This document shows, piece by piece, positions 40,986 to 51,378 of a DNA stretch of 64,000 nt. The notes below the pieces were generated by a model. It was not told the origin of the DNA, did not search any database, and worked only from the letters and a program-made list of their open reading frames with translations. Every line of letters starts with the position of its first letter. The stretch's first letter is position 1. Both the position numbers and the translations under genes were made by a program. Source of the stretch: Patescibacteria group bacterium (GTDB lineage: Bacteria > Patescibacteriota > JAQUNI01); the NCBI GenBank assembly GCA_028717685.1, contig JAQUNI010000001.1, forward strand, positions 399,451 to 463,450, read 5' to 3'.

Positions 40986-43469
40986 ATGTTTCTTCATAAA
41001 CTCATTATCAGCGGTTTCAAATCTTTCGCTCATCGCACCAGCCTTTCTTTTGACCGCGGAATTACTGCCATTGTCGGACCAAACGGGTCGGGGAAATCCA
41101 ACATTGTGGACGCTATCCGCTGGGCTTTAGGAGAACAGTCTAAAAAATCATTGCGCGGGAAAAAGGGCGATGATATTATTTTCGCCGGCTCAAGGACTAA
41201 AACTCCTTTGGGATTAGCCCAAGTAGCTTTAACCTTGGAAAACACGACCCAAAAAATTCCCGTCAACTCTGGAAAAGAGGAGGGGGTAAACTTTTCCGAA
41301 ATCACAATTAAGAGAAAATTCTACCGTAATGGCGAGGGAGAATATTTATTGAATAACAGCTCTGTGCGCCTAAAAGATATTGAAGAACTATTAGCGCAAA
41401 ACAACATCAGCCAAAAAGGATATATTATCAGCCAAGGAATGATTGATCGCGTAGTGGTCTTGAGTCCCCAAGAAAAAAGAGAGCTTTTGGAGGAAGTTTC
41501 AGGGATTAAACCCTTGGAACTCAAAAGAATTGAGACCCAGAAAAAACTTGAGACAACGCGGGATAATCTTGTCCGCGTGCGCGCCCTTGTGGCGGAAATC
41601 GAGCCGCACTTGAAAAGGCTTGCCAAACAAGCGCGAGAGGCGAGGAATAAAGAAAAGATTACCCAAAAACTCCAGAAATTACAAAAAATCTGGTATACTA
41701 AAATCCGACAAAATCAAGAAAAGGCGCGCCAAAAAATAGGCAAAGAGAGGGCAGAAATAGAGGGAATAATCAAAAATCTTGAAACCCAAATCCAAAATTT
41801 ACAAAAAATGGTGTCTATAATGGAGGTAAAACAAAAAAAAGACCAAGAAAACTGGCACCTCTGTTATCAAAATCAGGTAAAACTAGGGAGGCAAAAAAGC
41901 GCCCTAGCCGAAGAGCTTGCCACTCTCCGCGGCACTCTAGTTGCCGAAAAACTCCGCCCGCGCGAGCAGCAGCAGGAAATTAACCGCGCGCGTTTGGAGA
42001 TCCAAAGGATTGACGCTGAAATTATCTCCTCCCAGAAACAAAACGCGCTACTCCAGAATAATCTAGAAAAAACCCAAAAAGAAATTGAAAAACTAGAAAA
42101 AGAGGGAAAAAAAATAGAAGCCGAAGGAGTGGCGCGGCCGAACCCAACCACATTGCAAACTGCCTTGGAAAATTTACAAAACAAACAAAATAGCTTTCTG
42201 GACAACTTTAAACACGGCACTGATATTGCCTCTCTGAAATCCCAAGCGCAAGAAATTTTAAGGCTCATTCAACGCTTAGCAAACTGGCTGAAAACCGCGG
42301 CAACGCTGCCCGAAGAACAAAGCGGAAAGCGGAAACTAGAAATGTTAATGGAAGACAAAGGCAGAAAAGAAGAGCAAGCTCATTCCCTCTTTTTAAAATC
42401 GCGCACGGAAGAAGAAAAAATTCTTTTTTTGAATTTCCAAAAAAAGAGCTGGGAGGGCAAAATCAATCTTGGACATAAACAGAAAGGGGGAGAATCCCCC
42501 GCGGACGCCCAAAATATTGCCAAACTCCAGCAAAAAATCACTCTACTTAGCAAAGAAATGCAAAAAAAAGAAGGAGAGGAGCGAATTTTGGAAGAAAAAA
42601 TCGCCCAACTTCTCAAATTAGATACAGCGCGCAAAAACAAACTCTTCGCGCTGGAGCGCGAATCGCGCGAGAAACAAGACGCGATGGTGAAACTTGGTCA
42701 GGAAAAAGCCCGCGTGGAATTGGAAGAAGCGAAACTCAACCTGGAAAAACAGGAACTCACCCGCGAAATTGAAAAAGAATTAGGGGACAAATGGGGTCGT
42801 ATTGATATTACATCTAAAAAAGAATCTCCGCCTAATCTGGATTATGAACTCCAGATTAATAAACTAAAGAAAAAAATGCTCTCGGCAGGCAGTATTGACC
42901 CTGAAATTATTACTGAATACGAACAAACACGCAGCCGGTATGATTTCTTAAACCAGCAAGCGGAGGACTTGGAAAAAGCCTCTTCAGGCTTAGATAAGCT
43001 TATTCATCGCCTAAGCCGCATCATTCAAAAGAGATTCAGCATTGCTTTTAAAACCATCAACCTTGCTTTCAAAAAATATTTCCGGATGATTTTTGGCCGC
43101 GGCGGAAAAGCAAGCCTGAAAGCGGATCCCGAAGGGGGAATTATAATTGAGGCTTGTCCGCCGGGGAAAAAATTAAAAAGCCTATCCGTCCTTTCGGGCG
43201 GAGAAAAGGCTTTGGCTGGCCTCTCTTTAATTTTCGGGATCATTGAACTCGCGAGACCCCCTTTCTGCATTTTAGATGAAGTGGACGCGGCGCTAGACGA
43301 AACAAATTCCCACCGCTTTGCCCGCATTTTAAAGATATTAGCCCGAGGAACTCAATTTATCTGCGTCACCCATAACCGCGCAACAATGAAAGCGGCAAAA
43401 ATGCTGTATGGAGTGACGATGAATGAAGAGGGAGTGTCAAGATTGCTGTCTATGAAGCTGGAGAAATAG
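40986..43469 (+). CDS. smc: SMC family ATPase, short form
   Basis: GFKSF, GPNGSGKSN, LSGGEK, LDEVDAALD, THN. Confidence 0.9.
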   Translation: MFLHKLIISGFKSFAHRTSLSFDRGITAIVGPNGSGKSNIVDAIRWALGEQSKKSLRGKKGDDIIFAGSRTKTPLGLAQVALTLENTTQKIPVNSGKEEGVNFSEITIKRKFYRNGEGEYLLNNSSVRLKDIEELLAQNNISQKGYIISQGMIDRVVVLSPQEKRELLEEVSGIKPLELKRIETQKKLETTRDNLVRVRALVAEIEPHLKRLAKQAREARNKEKITQKLQKLQKIWYTKIRQNQEKARQKIGKERAEIEGIIKNLETQIQNLQKMVSIMEVKQKKDQENWHLCYQNQVKLGRQKSALAEELATLRGTLVAEKLRPREQQQEINRARLEIQRIDAEIISSQKQNALLQNNLEKTQKEIEKLEKEGKKIEAEGVARPNPTTLQTALENLQNKQNSFLDNFKHGTDIASLKSQAQEILRLIQRLANWLKTAATLPEEQSGKRKLEMLMEDKGRKEEQAHSLFLKSRTEEEKILFLNFQKKSWEGKINLGHKQKGGESPADAQNIAKLQQKITLLSKEMQKKEGEERILEEKIAQLLKLDTARKNKLFALERESREKQDAMVKLGQEKARVELEEAKLNLEKQELTREIEKELGDKWGRIDITSKKESPPNLDYELQINKLKKKMLSAGSIDPEIITEYEQTRSRYDFLNQQAEDLEKASSGLDKLIHRLSRIIQKRFSIAFKTINLAFKKYFRMIFGRGGKASLKADPEGGIIIEACPPGKKLKSLSVLSGGEKALAGLSLIFGIIELARPPFCILDEVDAALDETNSHRFARILKILARGTQFICVTHNRATMKAAKMLYGVTMNEEGVSRLLSMKLEK

Positions 43470-43687
43470 CAATAAAATTTCTAATTGCTTTAATTGTTCT
43501 AATTATTCTAAATAATGACCAAATCCCAATGACCAATACCCAAAAGATTATTTGGGATTTAGACATTGGGAATTGGGATTTAGTTAGGTCAATTAGGTTA
43601 ATTAGAATAATTAGAATAATTCCACTTGCTTTTTATATTATCTTGGGCTAAAATAGCACCATATCCATTATTAACCATTAAATTCTT

Positions 43688-44197
43688 ATGTTAAGAATTC
43701 GTCTAACCCGCCGGGGGAAAAGGAACCGTCCCTTTTTCAGGATTGTCGTTTCCGAAGCGCGAGCGCCAATCAAGGGGCGCTTTATTGAGGTGCTGGGGGG
43801 ATTGGATCCCCTTGGAAAAAAAGTAAGCCTCAAGGAAGAAAGAATAAAATATTGGCTCTCCTGCGGCGCCAAACCTTCGGATACTGTGCATAATCTTTTA
43901 GTGGACCATAAAATTATTACCGGCGCGAAAATTAAAAAGTTCGCCCACAGGAAGAAAAAAGGCGAGGAAGCAAGGAAGGAAGAAGGAACACAGCAGAACG
44001 TAGAAAAAGAAGAAAAACCAGCCGAAGCTGAAAAAGAAAAGCAGGAAGATGCAGCAACGCAAAAAGAAACCGCCGATAAAGAGGAAAAAACCGAGCCCGC
44101 GCAAAAGGCGCCCAAAGAAGAGCCTAAACCCGAAGAAACGGAAGGCGCGACAAATTCCAAGGTTGAACCGCTGCCCACGATAGAAACAAAGCCCTAA
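43688..44197 (+). CDS. rpsP: 30S ribosomal protein S16 with acidic C-terminal extension
   Basis: MLRIRLTRRGK...FRIVV...GAKPSDTV. Confidence 0.96.
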   Translation: MLRIRLTRRGKRNRPFFRIVVSEARAPIKGRFIEVLGGLDPLGKKVSLKEERIKYWLSCGAKPSDTVHNLLVDHKIITGAKIKKFAHRKKKGEEARKEEGTQQNVEKEEKPAEAEKEKQEDAATQKETADKEEKTEPAQKAPKEEPKPEETEGATNSKVEPLPTIETKP

Positions 44198-44344
44198 ATC
44201 CCGCGGAAGTGATACAGCTAAATAGAGACCAAGCCGTCTCTATTTTTGGTTTGTTATATTTTCAATTTTTAATTTATCCGCTATAATGATAAAGGAATCC
44301 TTCGGCAATTTAGAATTTAACTAAACTTAATAAAAACAAAAATT

Positions 44345-44668
44345 ATGAACCCTCAAATTTTGGAAAAGGATATTATTGAGCTTTTAGGTCTGGAGAATTT
44401 ACCCGAAGACAAAAAAGCCGCGCTTCTCGCGAAAATGGCGGAAACTGTCCTGAACCGCATTAGCCTGCGCATTCTGGATCAGCTCTCTGACGCCGACCAA
44501 AAAAAGTTCAGCACATTACTGAAACAAAAAACTTCTGACGAAAAAATAGACCAATTTCTGAAAAACAAAATTAAGAATCTGGACGAAATTCGGACGGCGG
44601 AAATTTTACGCTTCAAGCAGGAGTTAAACGAAGACGCAGAATATATCCAACAGAAATTAACCTCATAA
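44345..44668 (+). CDS. Hypothetical protein (DUF5663-like, CPR-typical)
   Basis: LGLENLPEDKKA...ILDQLSD. Confidence 0.7.
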   Translation: MNPQILEKDIIELLGLENLPEDKKAALLAKMAETVLNRISLRILDQLSDADQKKFSTLLKQKTSDEKIDQFLKNKIKNLDEIRTAEILRFKQELNEDAEYIQQKLTS

Positions 44669-44681
44669 AAAACAAAAATAT

Positions 44682-47600
44682 ATGGTAAAAAATACGGAAG
44701 GCGAGGGGGAAGAAGCGCCTTTAGAAAAAGATAAGGGGCGAAAAAAAAGAAGAGAGGTAAAAAATAAACACAAAAACAAATCAGAGCCCTTGGACCCTGA
44801 CGAGGAAAAAGATATTCCAGAGGAAACGGAGAAAAAGAAAGGAATTACCCCCGATAAAGTGCGGGCGATTTTAGATAATTTAGGGCGAGAATTGCCTCCG
44901 GAAAAATTGGAAATCATGACAAAGGGAGGAAAGGAAATTACGGTGCGCTTTCATCCTGATCTCGCGGAAAATAATTTTCCGGGTTTAATTTCCAAATTAG
45001 AAACCGAGAAGGGCGTTAAAATCATTCCTAAATGGGATGATGGAGTGGACATGGAAAAGGGGTTTGTGATTGTGTCCGAAACAGTCCCTGAAAAGCCAGA
45101 AACGGCTTTAGAACCAGCGGAGCAAGAGCTCCCACCCCCTCCATCTCCCCCTCTGGCAGGGGGAGAGCCACTCCCACCCCCTCCAAATACAGAAAAAGAG
45201 CAAAAGACCCCAGACGGGAACACCCCCGAAAAAAGCGCTAGCGAACCAGAGGAAAAAGGCAATGGAGAGCCACTCCCACCCCCTCTTGCCTCCCCGCTCG
45301 AGGCAGGGGGAGAAGAATCTCTTTTAGAAGAGATCAAATCTAAACAAGAAGAAACCGAGCCTAAACAGAAAGAGGTAAAGATTGAGGAGGTTATTTTGGA
45401 AAAAACGGCGGCAAAGACCGAGACAGAAAAAAAAACAGAAAAAAAAGAAATCCCGCCGCGGGTTCAAGAAGTTTTAGACCGCTTAAACGCGGAGTTGGAA
45501 AAGCATAACGATGTAGAGGAAGTTAATGTTGTTTTTAATTATAAACTGGCAAATAGCCCCCTGGGTGCAGATATTAAAAAGCTCCGACCCCAAAGCTACA
45601 AAAAAATTCAAATAATCAACTATTGGAAAGAAAAAGGGGGCGTTTTTCCTCTTGGTTTTATAATTGAAGAAATAAAAAAGGGGAAATCCGAAGAAAAAGA
45701 AGCAACCCCCGAAAAAAAACCCGAGGAAAAGCCGCTCCCACCCCCTCTTGCCTCCCCGCTCGAGGCAGGGGGAGAAGAATCTCTTTTAAAAGAAATCAAA
45801 TCTAAACAAGAAAAGACCAAGCCCCCACAAAAAACAGAAGAAAAGAATGTCCCTCCGAAAGAAGAAAAAAAAGAAACAGAAATTCCTCAAAATGTGGAAG
45901 TATTACTTTCACTCTTAGATTCAAAAATAGCCGAATTTCAAACAGCCCATCCAGAAGTAAAAGACATTGACATTCTTTTTAGCGAGGAACTTATAAAAAA
46001 ACTGGGGGTAGAATATGGCGATGAAAAACAACAAGCAATCTGGCAAAAGATTGACTCCATCAAAGAAAAAGGATTCAATGTGCTAAATCGTATTTTTGAA
46101 GACAAGAAGATACCCGAAGAAGAGGCGGTAAGGATTGAGAAGGTTGTTTTGAAAAAAGCAGGGGCAGAGACCAAAACAAAAAGAAAAATAACCCCCACGG
46201 AAAAAGGCGAGATAAAGGAAGAGCCTTCCCGGGAAAAAACCACTCCCACCCCCTTTAACTCCCCCTCCCTCCTTCGTCCGCCAGAGGCGGACTTCGGCGG
46301 GCAAGCAGGCAGGGGGAGCGCCACAGAAAAACCGCGAGAACCAATATTCGCGGCGCGGAAAACAGAGGATAAAACGAAAGGACCCAGAGCAGATGAGGAG
46401 AAGCAGAAACCGGGCAAAGTGGCGCGAGAGGCAGAGACCCTAATGGAAATACAACCCTCTCCATCCCGCGTGTCAGAAGAACGGCTTACTGAAAAGCGCA
46501 AAGAATATTTAGAAGCCAAAAGACTGCGCGGCAAATTTATTGGCCGCGGCGAATTTAAAGGCAAAGAGGGAGAAGCGAAACTTGCTCAAATCGGTGAAGA
46601 ATATAGCAAAATGCGCGCTGAATACATTCGCGGCAAAGCGTCAGAAGTATTGAAAGAACAGAAGCTGCCCGCGACGGAATTGAAAACAAAGGTCGTGGAA
46701 AAGCTTCTGGAAGAATACAACAAAGAGGACGGGGAACGGGAAAAATTGATTGTGGGCAGGGAAAAAGGCTTAGGGCAGAGGTTTAAAGAATGGTGGCGCC
46801 GCCATCCTAAAGCGCGAATGCTCGTTGGTTATGGCTTAACCGGCGCTTCGGTAGGGAGTATGCTTTCAGGGCAGCTCTGGCTGACTCCTTGGCTTATCGG
46901 CGCCCGAGCCGCTTTTGCAGGGACGGGCGCGGCTCTAGGCACCGAAGGGATGTTATCCCGCTATTCTAAAACCTTAGGCGAAAAAGGGCTTGTGAATGAG
47001 TTAGTTAAATTTAACAAAGAAGAAAAGGCTAAGCTCAAAAAAATCAAAGACAAAGGAGAACAGGAAAAAGCGCGCCAAAAAATGATTAACGATAACATTG
47101 CTAAAATCTCGCCCGAGAATTTAGCGCGCGAAATGGGGCGCGTCAAAGCCCTGCAAGAGAAAAAGGGGGTAAAACTAGAGAAGATAGGACCATACGGCGC
47201 AGTGCTTTCGGCTCTCCGGGCGCGGGAGCAAGAGCTTTTAAAGAAACGGATAACAGAAGCAATGGAAAAAGGAGAAAAGACTAAAGAAGATTTGCTTTTT
47301 GAAGCTATAAACTCCGGTTTGGAAAGAGAAGCAAGGGAAATGGACGAAAATGTAGAAAAGGCGGGAGAGGCGGAAAGAAAAAAGGCAATCAAAAGGTGGG
47401 TCTTCAGCAGTAGCGCCGGAGCAATCACAGCCGGACTCACCGCTTGGTGGGGATTTCACAGGCTTGGAGAAATTTCAGGCAAGGGAAAAATAGCAGGGAG
47501 CGCGGCTCACGCAAAAACGGCTCTGGGTCCGCCAGCGCCAGAGGGGTTGGCAAAAAATTTTGAGGTTGTTGCCGCCAAGGGCGACTCGGTCTGGAAAATG

Positions 47601-48449
47601 GCAAAGCGCGCTTTGGCGGAAAAATATGGCAGCCGCTTTACCAATCTTGACGAAGCGCGCCGCACTTATGTCATTGACGCCGTAAAAGATAAAATCGCGA
47701 AAAACCCCGCGCGTTTTGGTCTAATTGATATAGACAGGGTAAAAATTGGCCAAAAAATAGATTTTGGCGGATTAATAAATAATAAGAGTTTAATGGAAGA
47801 AACCTTTGGCAAAGCGGGACGTCTAACGGGAGAACAAGCAAAGAATATTTTAATCAATAATGAGACAGTGCAAGAATTTCACCATCTCCATCCGGAAATT
47901 CGGTTGGACAGCGAAAATATAGATTCAATTTTGGCAGGCAGAGGGAGAGAAATCCTGGGAACGGAACCCGCGGCGGCGCAGACAGATATCAGCGCGCCAG
48001 AAATTGCTCCCGAAGAAACCCCGAGCTTGGAAGAAAGCGCGATTCCTACTGAAACTGAAGCTGCAAAAACAGAAACGCCGCAGATAGAAGAGACGCAAAG
48101 TCCAAAGACGGAAACCCCTTCTCCGGAAGTTGCTCCAGAGCAAGATATATCCGAAGCAATGATTCAAGAAATTCCCGACTGGACTCCGGAAAAGATTGCC
48201 AAGACCACTCTGCCCTTGATTCAAAAAAATCCAAAACTGAATACGGTCAAGGGAATTTTAGAACATTATCTAGCTAATCTAAAAAACGGCGAGATTTTTT
48301 TACCCGAGCAAGAACAAGCCAATACTGCTATCAAAGAAATAACTAAAAGAACCGAGGGACTCGGAGAGAGCGTGGCGGAAAGATACGAAAAAATCCTGTT
48401 GGAAAACACCAAAGTTTTCATAGGCATTGCCACGATGGGGAGAGAATAG
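44682..48449 (+). CDS. Large charged protein with repeated domains, Gly/Ala-rich hydrophobic hairpin and LysM-like domain
   Basis: 1255-aa ORF; KGDSVWKMA...VKIGQKI LysM-like; internal repeats. Confidence 0.8.
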   Translation: MVKNTEGEGEEAPLEKDKGRKKRREVKNKHKNKSEPLDPDEEKDIPEETEKKKGITPDKVRAILDNLGRELPPEKLEIMTKGGKEITVRFHPDLAENNFPGLISKLETEKGVKIIPKWDDGVDMEKGFVIVSETVPEKPETALEPAEQELPPPPSPPLAGGEPLPPPPNTEKEQKTPDGNTPEKSASEPEEKGNGEPLPPPLASPLEAGGEESLLEEIKSKQEETEPKQKEVKIEEVILEKTAAKTETEKKTEKKEIPPRVQEVLDRLNAELEKHNDVEEVNVVFNYKLANSPLGADIKKLRPQSYKKIQIINYWKEKGGVFPLGFIIEEIKKGKSEEKEATPEKKPEEKPLPPPLASPLEAGGEESLLKEIKSKQEKTKPPQKTEEKNVPPKEEKKETEIPQNVEVLLSLLDSKIAEFQTAHPEVKDIDILFSEELIKKLGVEYGDEKQQAIWQKIDSIKEKGFNVLNRIFEDKKIPEEEAVRIEKVVLKKAGAETKTKRKITPTEKGEIKEEPSREKTTPTPFNSPSLLRPPEADFGGQAGRGSATEKPREPIFAARKTEDKTKGPRADEEKQKPGKVAREAETLMEIQPSPSRVSEERLTEKRKEYLEAKRLRGKFIGRGEFKGKEGEAKLAQIGEEYSKMRAEYIRGKASEVLKEQKLPATELKTKVVEKLLEEYNKEDGEREKLIVGREKGLGQRFKEWWRRHPKARMLVGYGLTGASVGSMLSGQLWLTPWLIGARAAFAGTGAALGTEGMLSRYSKTLGEKGLVNELVKFNKEEKAKLKKIKDKGEQEKARQKMINDNIAKISPENLAREMGRVKALQEKKGVKLEKIGPYGAVLSALRAREQELLKKRITEAMEKGEKTKEDLLFEAINSGLEREAREMDENVEKAGEAERKKAIKRWVFSSSAGAITAGLTAWWGFHRLGEISGKGKIAGSAAHAKTALGPPAPEGLAKNFEVVAAKGDSVWKMAKRALAEKYGSRFTNLDEARRTYVIDAVKDKIAKNPARFGLIDIDRVKIGQKIDFGGLINNKSLMEETFGKAGRLTGEQAKNILINNETVQEFHHLHPEIRLDSENIDSILAGRGREILGTEPAAAQTDISAPEIAPEETPSLEESAIPTETEAAKTETPQIEETQSPKTETPSPEVAPEQDISEAMIQEIPDWTPEKIAKTTLPLIQKNPKLNTVKGILEHYLANLKNGEIFLPEQEQANTAIKEITKRTEGLGESVAERYEKILLENTKVFIGIATMGRE

Positions 48450-48463
48450 ACCCCCCTCTTTTC

Positions 48464-48515
48464 TCTGTTGGCTCCATAGTCCCGAGCGGAAGCGAGGGCT
48501 GTGGAGCCATAATGC
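48464..48515. repeat. TCTGTTGGCTCCATAGT... repeat, inverted relative to the copy at 58504-58597
   Basis: Direct sequence comparison. Confidence 0.75.
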
Positions 48516-48676
48516 TTCATAAAGACCCCCTCCAGAACCTCCCCTCACCCCTCCTTGGAAAGGAGGGGATAATCAGAACCCCCTCTTCGCTCCCCCTTTA
48601 AAAGGGGGAGATAGTATGTCCTCCCCTTTCCAAGGGGAGGGTGGGAGGGGTCTAAAAATACCACATAAAAAAAATA

Positions 48677-48716
48677 AGCCCAGAGTCAACGTATGATGTT
48701 GAACTCTGGGCTTTTT
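48677..48716. terminator. Terminator of the leftward island operon
   Basis: AGCCCAGAGTCAAC...GTTGAACTCTGGGCT flanked by A and T runs. Confidence 0.75.
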
Positions 48717-48725
48717 GGTTTCAAA

Positions 48726-49862
48726 TTATTTTGCAGCCGGTGCAGGCGGGTCAGATGGTGGAACTATTCTATTTACATCCACCAATTTTGCGCCATTACC
48801 TTCCGCTGCTTTCTGGATTAGTTCCTCTTTCCAATAGCACGATCTCAAGTAGACTTGGGCTATGCCATGGGCAGATTCGCCTTTGTAGCCGCGCTTTTGG
48901 TACCGCTCTAGCAGAGAGGCATACAGCTCCGCTCGTGCTTCATCCTTATTGTTCGTATTAAAGGCACGGGTCAGAGCCTGGCTTGTGGCTTCAGCATCTG
49001 CTTTGGCGACGTCAATTTTGACCTCCAAACACTTTGTTGCTGCATCCAAGTCAACCTTGGTGACAAATCCTTTTGTGTCTGGAATCAATGCCGTGGCTGT
49101 TGCCTCGGCAGTTGCCTTAGCTTCAGCTCTGACTACTGACATATCAATAGCGGGAATTTGAATTCCAGTGGCAGTTGTCAAAGCCTTGATAGCAGTCTCT
49201 GAAGCTAAACTAGCCGTATCAGACGCGGTTTGGGCTAACCCTTTCGCCTCACCAGCAGTTTTCTGCGCTCCTTCCGCAATCTTGCGAACCTCGGCGAGCT
49301 CGGTTTCCAACTTACTTACTTTTTCTGTGAGCTCTTTTAAGGTCTTAGCAATTGCTTCATCACAGATTTTCTTGATCTGATCTGGGCAAAGTGGAGTAGC
49401 TGGATCAATAATTCTCCAACCGCGCTTTTTTAGAGCAGCAGCGAGGGCGTTCTCAAAAGGTTTAGGCTCCATATTGCCCGCGACAATAGGGGACAACATC
49501 TTTTCAATGTCCTCTATGTCTGGCTTTTTCCCATTCGCATCTACGACCTGGCTATAGAGAGCCCAGGCTAAAGCACGATTTCCGATCCTGCGGGCTTGGT
49601 TGTCCTGATCGTTAATAATAGTCGTGCCGCCGCCAGGACTGCCTTGCCCTTGCTTAGGAAGATTCTGCACCTGGGTTTTTAAGCCAGAGATCGCAGTATC
49701 CATACCTTTAAGGATGTTAGTGATTCGCGTGATATCCTGATCCTGCTCCTTGACAACCTTGACCAATTTCCCAAAGTCCCCTGGATCAACCTTATCCGCA
49801 GCCTGCGCCGCAAGGAGGGGGAGAAACAGCGAAATCAATACGAGAACAATAAACTTTTTCAT
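48726..49862 (-). CDS. Exported Ala-rich coiled-coil protein
   Basis: AGGAG before ATG 49862; signal peptide MKKFIVLVLISLFLPLLAAQA. Confidence 0.8.
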   Translation of the reverse strand: MKKFIVLVLISLFLPLLAAQAADKVDPGDFGKLVKVVKEQDQDITRITNILKGMDTAISGLKTQVQNLPKQGQGSPGGGTTIINDQDNQARRIGNRALAWALYSQVVDANGKKPDIEDIEKMLSPIVAGNMEPKPFENALAAALKKRGWRIIDPATPLCPDQIKKICDEAIAKTLKELTEKVSKLETELAEVRKIAEGAQKTAGEAKGLAQTASDTASLASETAIKALTTATGIQIPAIDMSVVRAEAKATAEATATALIPDTKGFVTKVDLDAATKCLEVKIDVAKADAEATSQALTRAFNTNNKDEARAELYASLLERYQKRGYKGESAHGIAQVYLRSCYWKEELIQKAAEGNGAKLVDVNRIVPPSDPPAPAAK

Positions 49863-49884
49863 TATAGATTTCTCCTTTCCTTGC

Positions 49885-50442
49885 TTACTGAACTGGATAC
49901 TTTTGTTCCAGATCATCTAGTACCTTACTACGCTCTGACTTTTGACCCTGTTGCGGAGCTGGTGGCGGTGGCGGTGGAGGATTAATTTTCTCCTCTTTTT
50001 TCGGTATTGAGAAATAGAAAGCCCCATCCTGGACTCCCTTACCGCTAACGGACACAGCGTAAAAACCGGGTTCCGTTATGGTCTCTTTCGGGGTCCATAC
50101 TGCTTCACCCTCACTGCCAAATGACTCCGTGGAGCCTTTTACCTCTTCTGCCGGACTATTCACTTTGACTTTCAAATGTTTAGCCTTGTCGGGATCGGAA
50201 ACTTTAAATTTGATGCTCTCAAGTATTCCAGTGTTTACTGTAGAATCCGATGGCCAGGTCATTGTGACCGTCGCCAATGTTTCTGGCACCTTTTCGCCGC
50301 CGCAACCGCGGACAGAGAAAAAGATTATAAGACCAATAACCGCTAAAACACCGATTACGACATAACCCCAACGAGGGAATTTGAATCCGCCGCCTTGTGC
50401 GCCTTGTGCCGCGTTTCTCTGTGCCATTCTGTCTCTTAACAT
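49885..50442 (-). CDS. Single-TM protein with Ig-like domain and poly-Pro tail
   Basis: AAGGAGG SD; TM; PGFYAVSV. Confidence 0.75.
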   Translation of the reverse strand: MLRDRMAQRNAAQGAQGGGFKFPRWGYVVIGVLAVIGLIIFFSVRGCGGEKVPETLATVTMTWPSDSTVNTGILESIKFKVSDPDKAKHLKVKVNSPAEEVKGSTESFGSEGEAVWTPKETITEPGFYAVSVSGKGVQDGAFYFSIPKKEEKINPPPPPPPAPQQGQKSERSKVLDDLEQKYPVQ

Positions 50443-50810
50443 TATTTGACCTCCTTTTCTGGATTTGTAATCCTAACTGCTGTCTCATATATCGTTTTAG
50501 CTCTCGGAACACTGTCGAGACCACAATTCGCGATAAACGTAGCTTGGTCCGTATTCACTATATTTTGGGCGCTATTAAAGCCTTTTCCGCTCATTGATTT
50601 CGCTGTTTCCTCATCAATATTGAGCTCAATAATCAAAGTTTCCCAAGGCTCAATTAGATTGAGTTTTTTTCTGATGGGCAAAAGTTCCTCATCTAACGAG
50701 GGTATTAAACGATCCTGCCAATCCTCCAACCCAGAGACCCTTTTTTGTAGGACGCCGACCCAAATAATTAAAGCCACTATTAGTATCCCAACTATCCATT
50801 CCATTTTCAT
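50442..50810 (-). CDS. Single-TM protein with HhH-like C-terminal domain
   Basis: AGGAG SD; LNIDEETAKSMSGKGFNS...GLD pattern. Confidence 0.7.
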   Translation of the reverse strand: MKMEWIVGILIVALIIWVGVLQKRVSGLEDWQDRLIPSLDEELLPIRKKLNLIEPWETLIIELNIDEETAKSMSGKGFNSAQNIVNTDQATFIANCGLDSVPRAKTIYETAVRITNPEKEVK

Positions 50811-51049
50811 TCTCCTTTTATAATTTCACGCAACTAAAATTAACCTAGAAACACAAACACTCAAACTTTCTTTTAAAAACACGCCTCCTTCCTTTAAATT
50901 GCCATAAAATTTTGAAACCAATTTACAAAGAACAAATTCCCGTTTTTCAGGAATTCACGCTTCAAGCGCTCTAAAACCAAAGATTACCGATAAAGCCGAG
51001 GTTTTTAAAAGGCTGAAGCCTAAATTCCCAAGCTGAATTTTAACACTTA

Positions 51050-51078
51050 TTTATAGCATATCTGAAAAACTTTGTCAA
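51050..51078 (-). promoter_or_regulatory. Sigma-70 promoter of the leftward island operon
   Basis: TTGACA-17-TATAAA with TG extension. Confidence 0.75.
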
Positions 51079-51378
51079 GGATTTTTACCTGAAAATCCAA
51101 AGTAATCCAGATTTTGGCTAAAATAAGGCACAAATGGAATAGGGAATTAGGAATCATGAATCAGGGATAGACCCCCTCCCCGCCCGCCATCGCTTCGCTC
51201 AGGCGAGGCGGGCGGGCACCTCCCCCTTCCGCCCAAGGCGGACAGGCAGGGCAGGGGGGAGTGAGAATCTTCCCCTCCTTGGAAGAAAGGAGGGGATAAT
51301 AAATCCTCCCCTCAACCCGTGGGAGGTTTTTTAAAAAGGGGTCTCTAATAATTCTGCGGAACGATCCTATACAGGGGC

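Noticed and set aside
50825-50892. 18-codon leader peptide after AGGAGG upstream of 50810
   Set aside because: The GTG is only 1 nt from the SD, so translation is unsupported.
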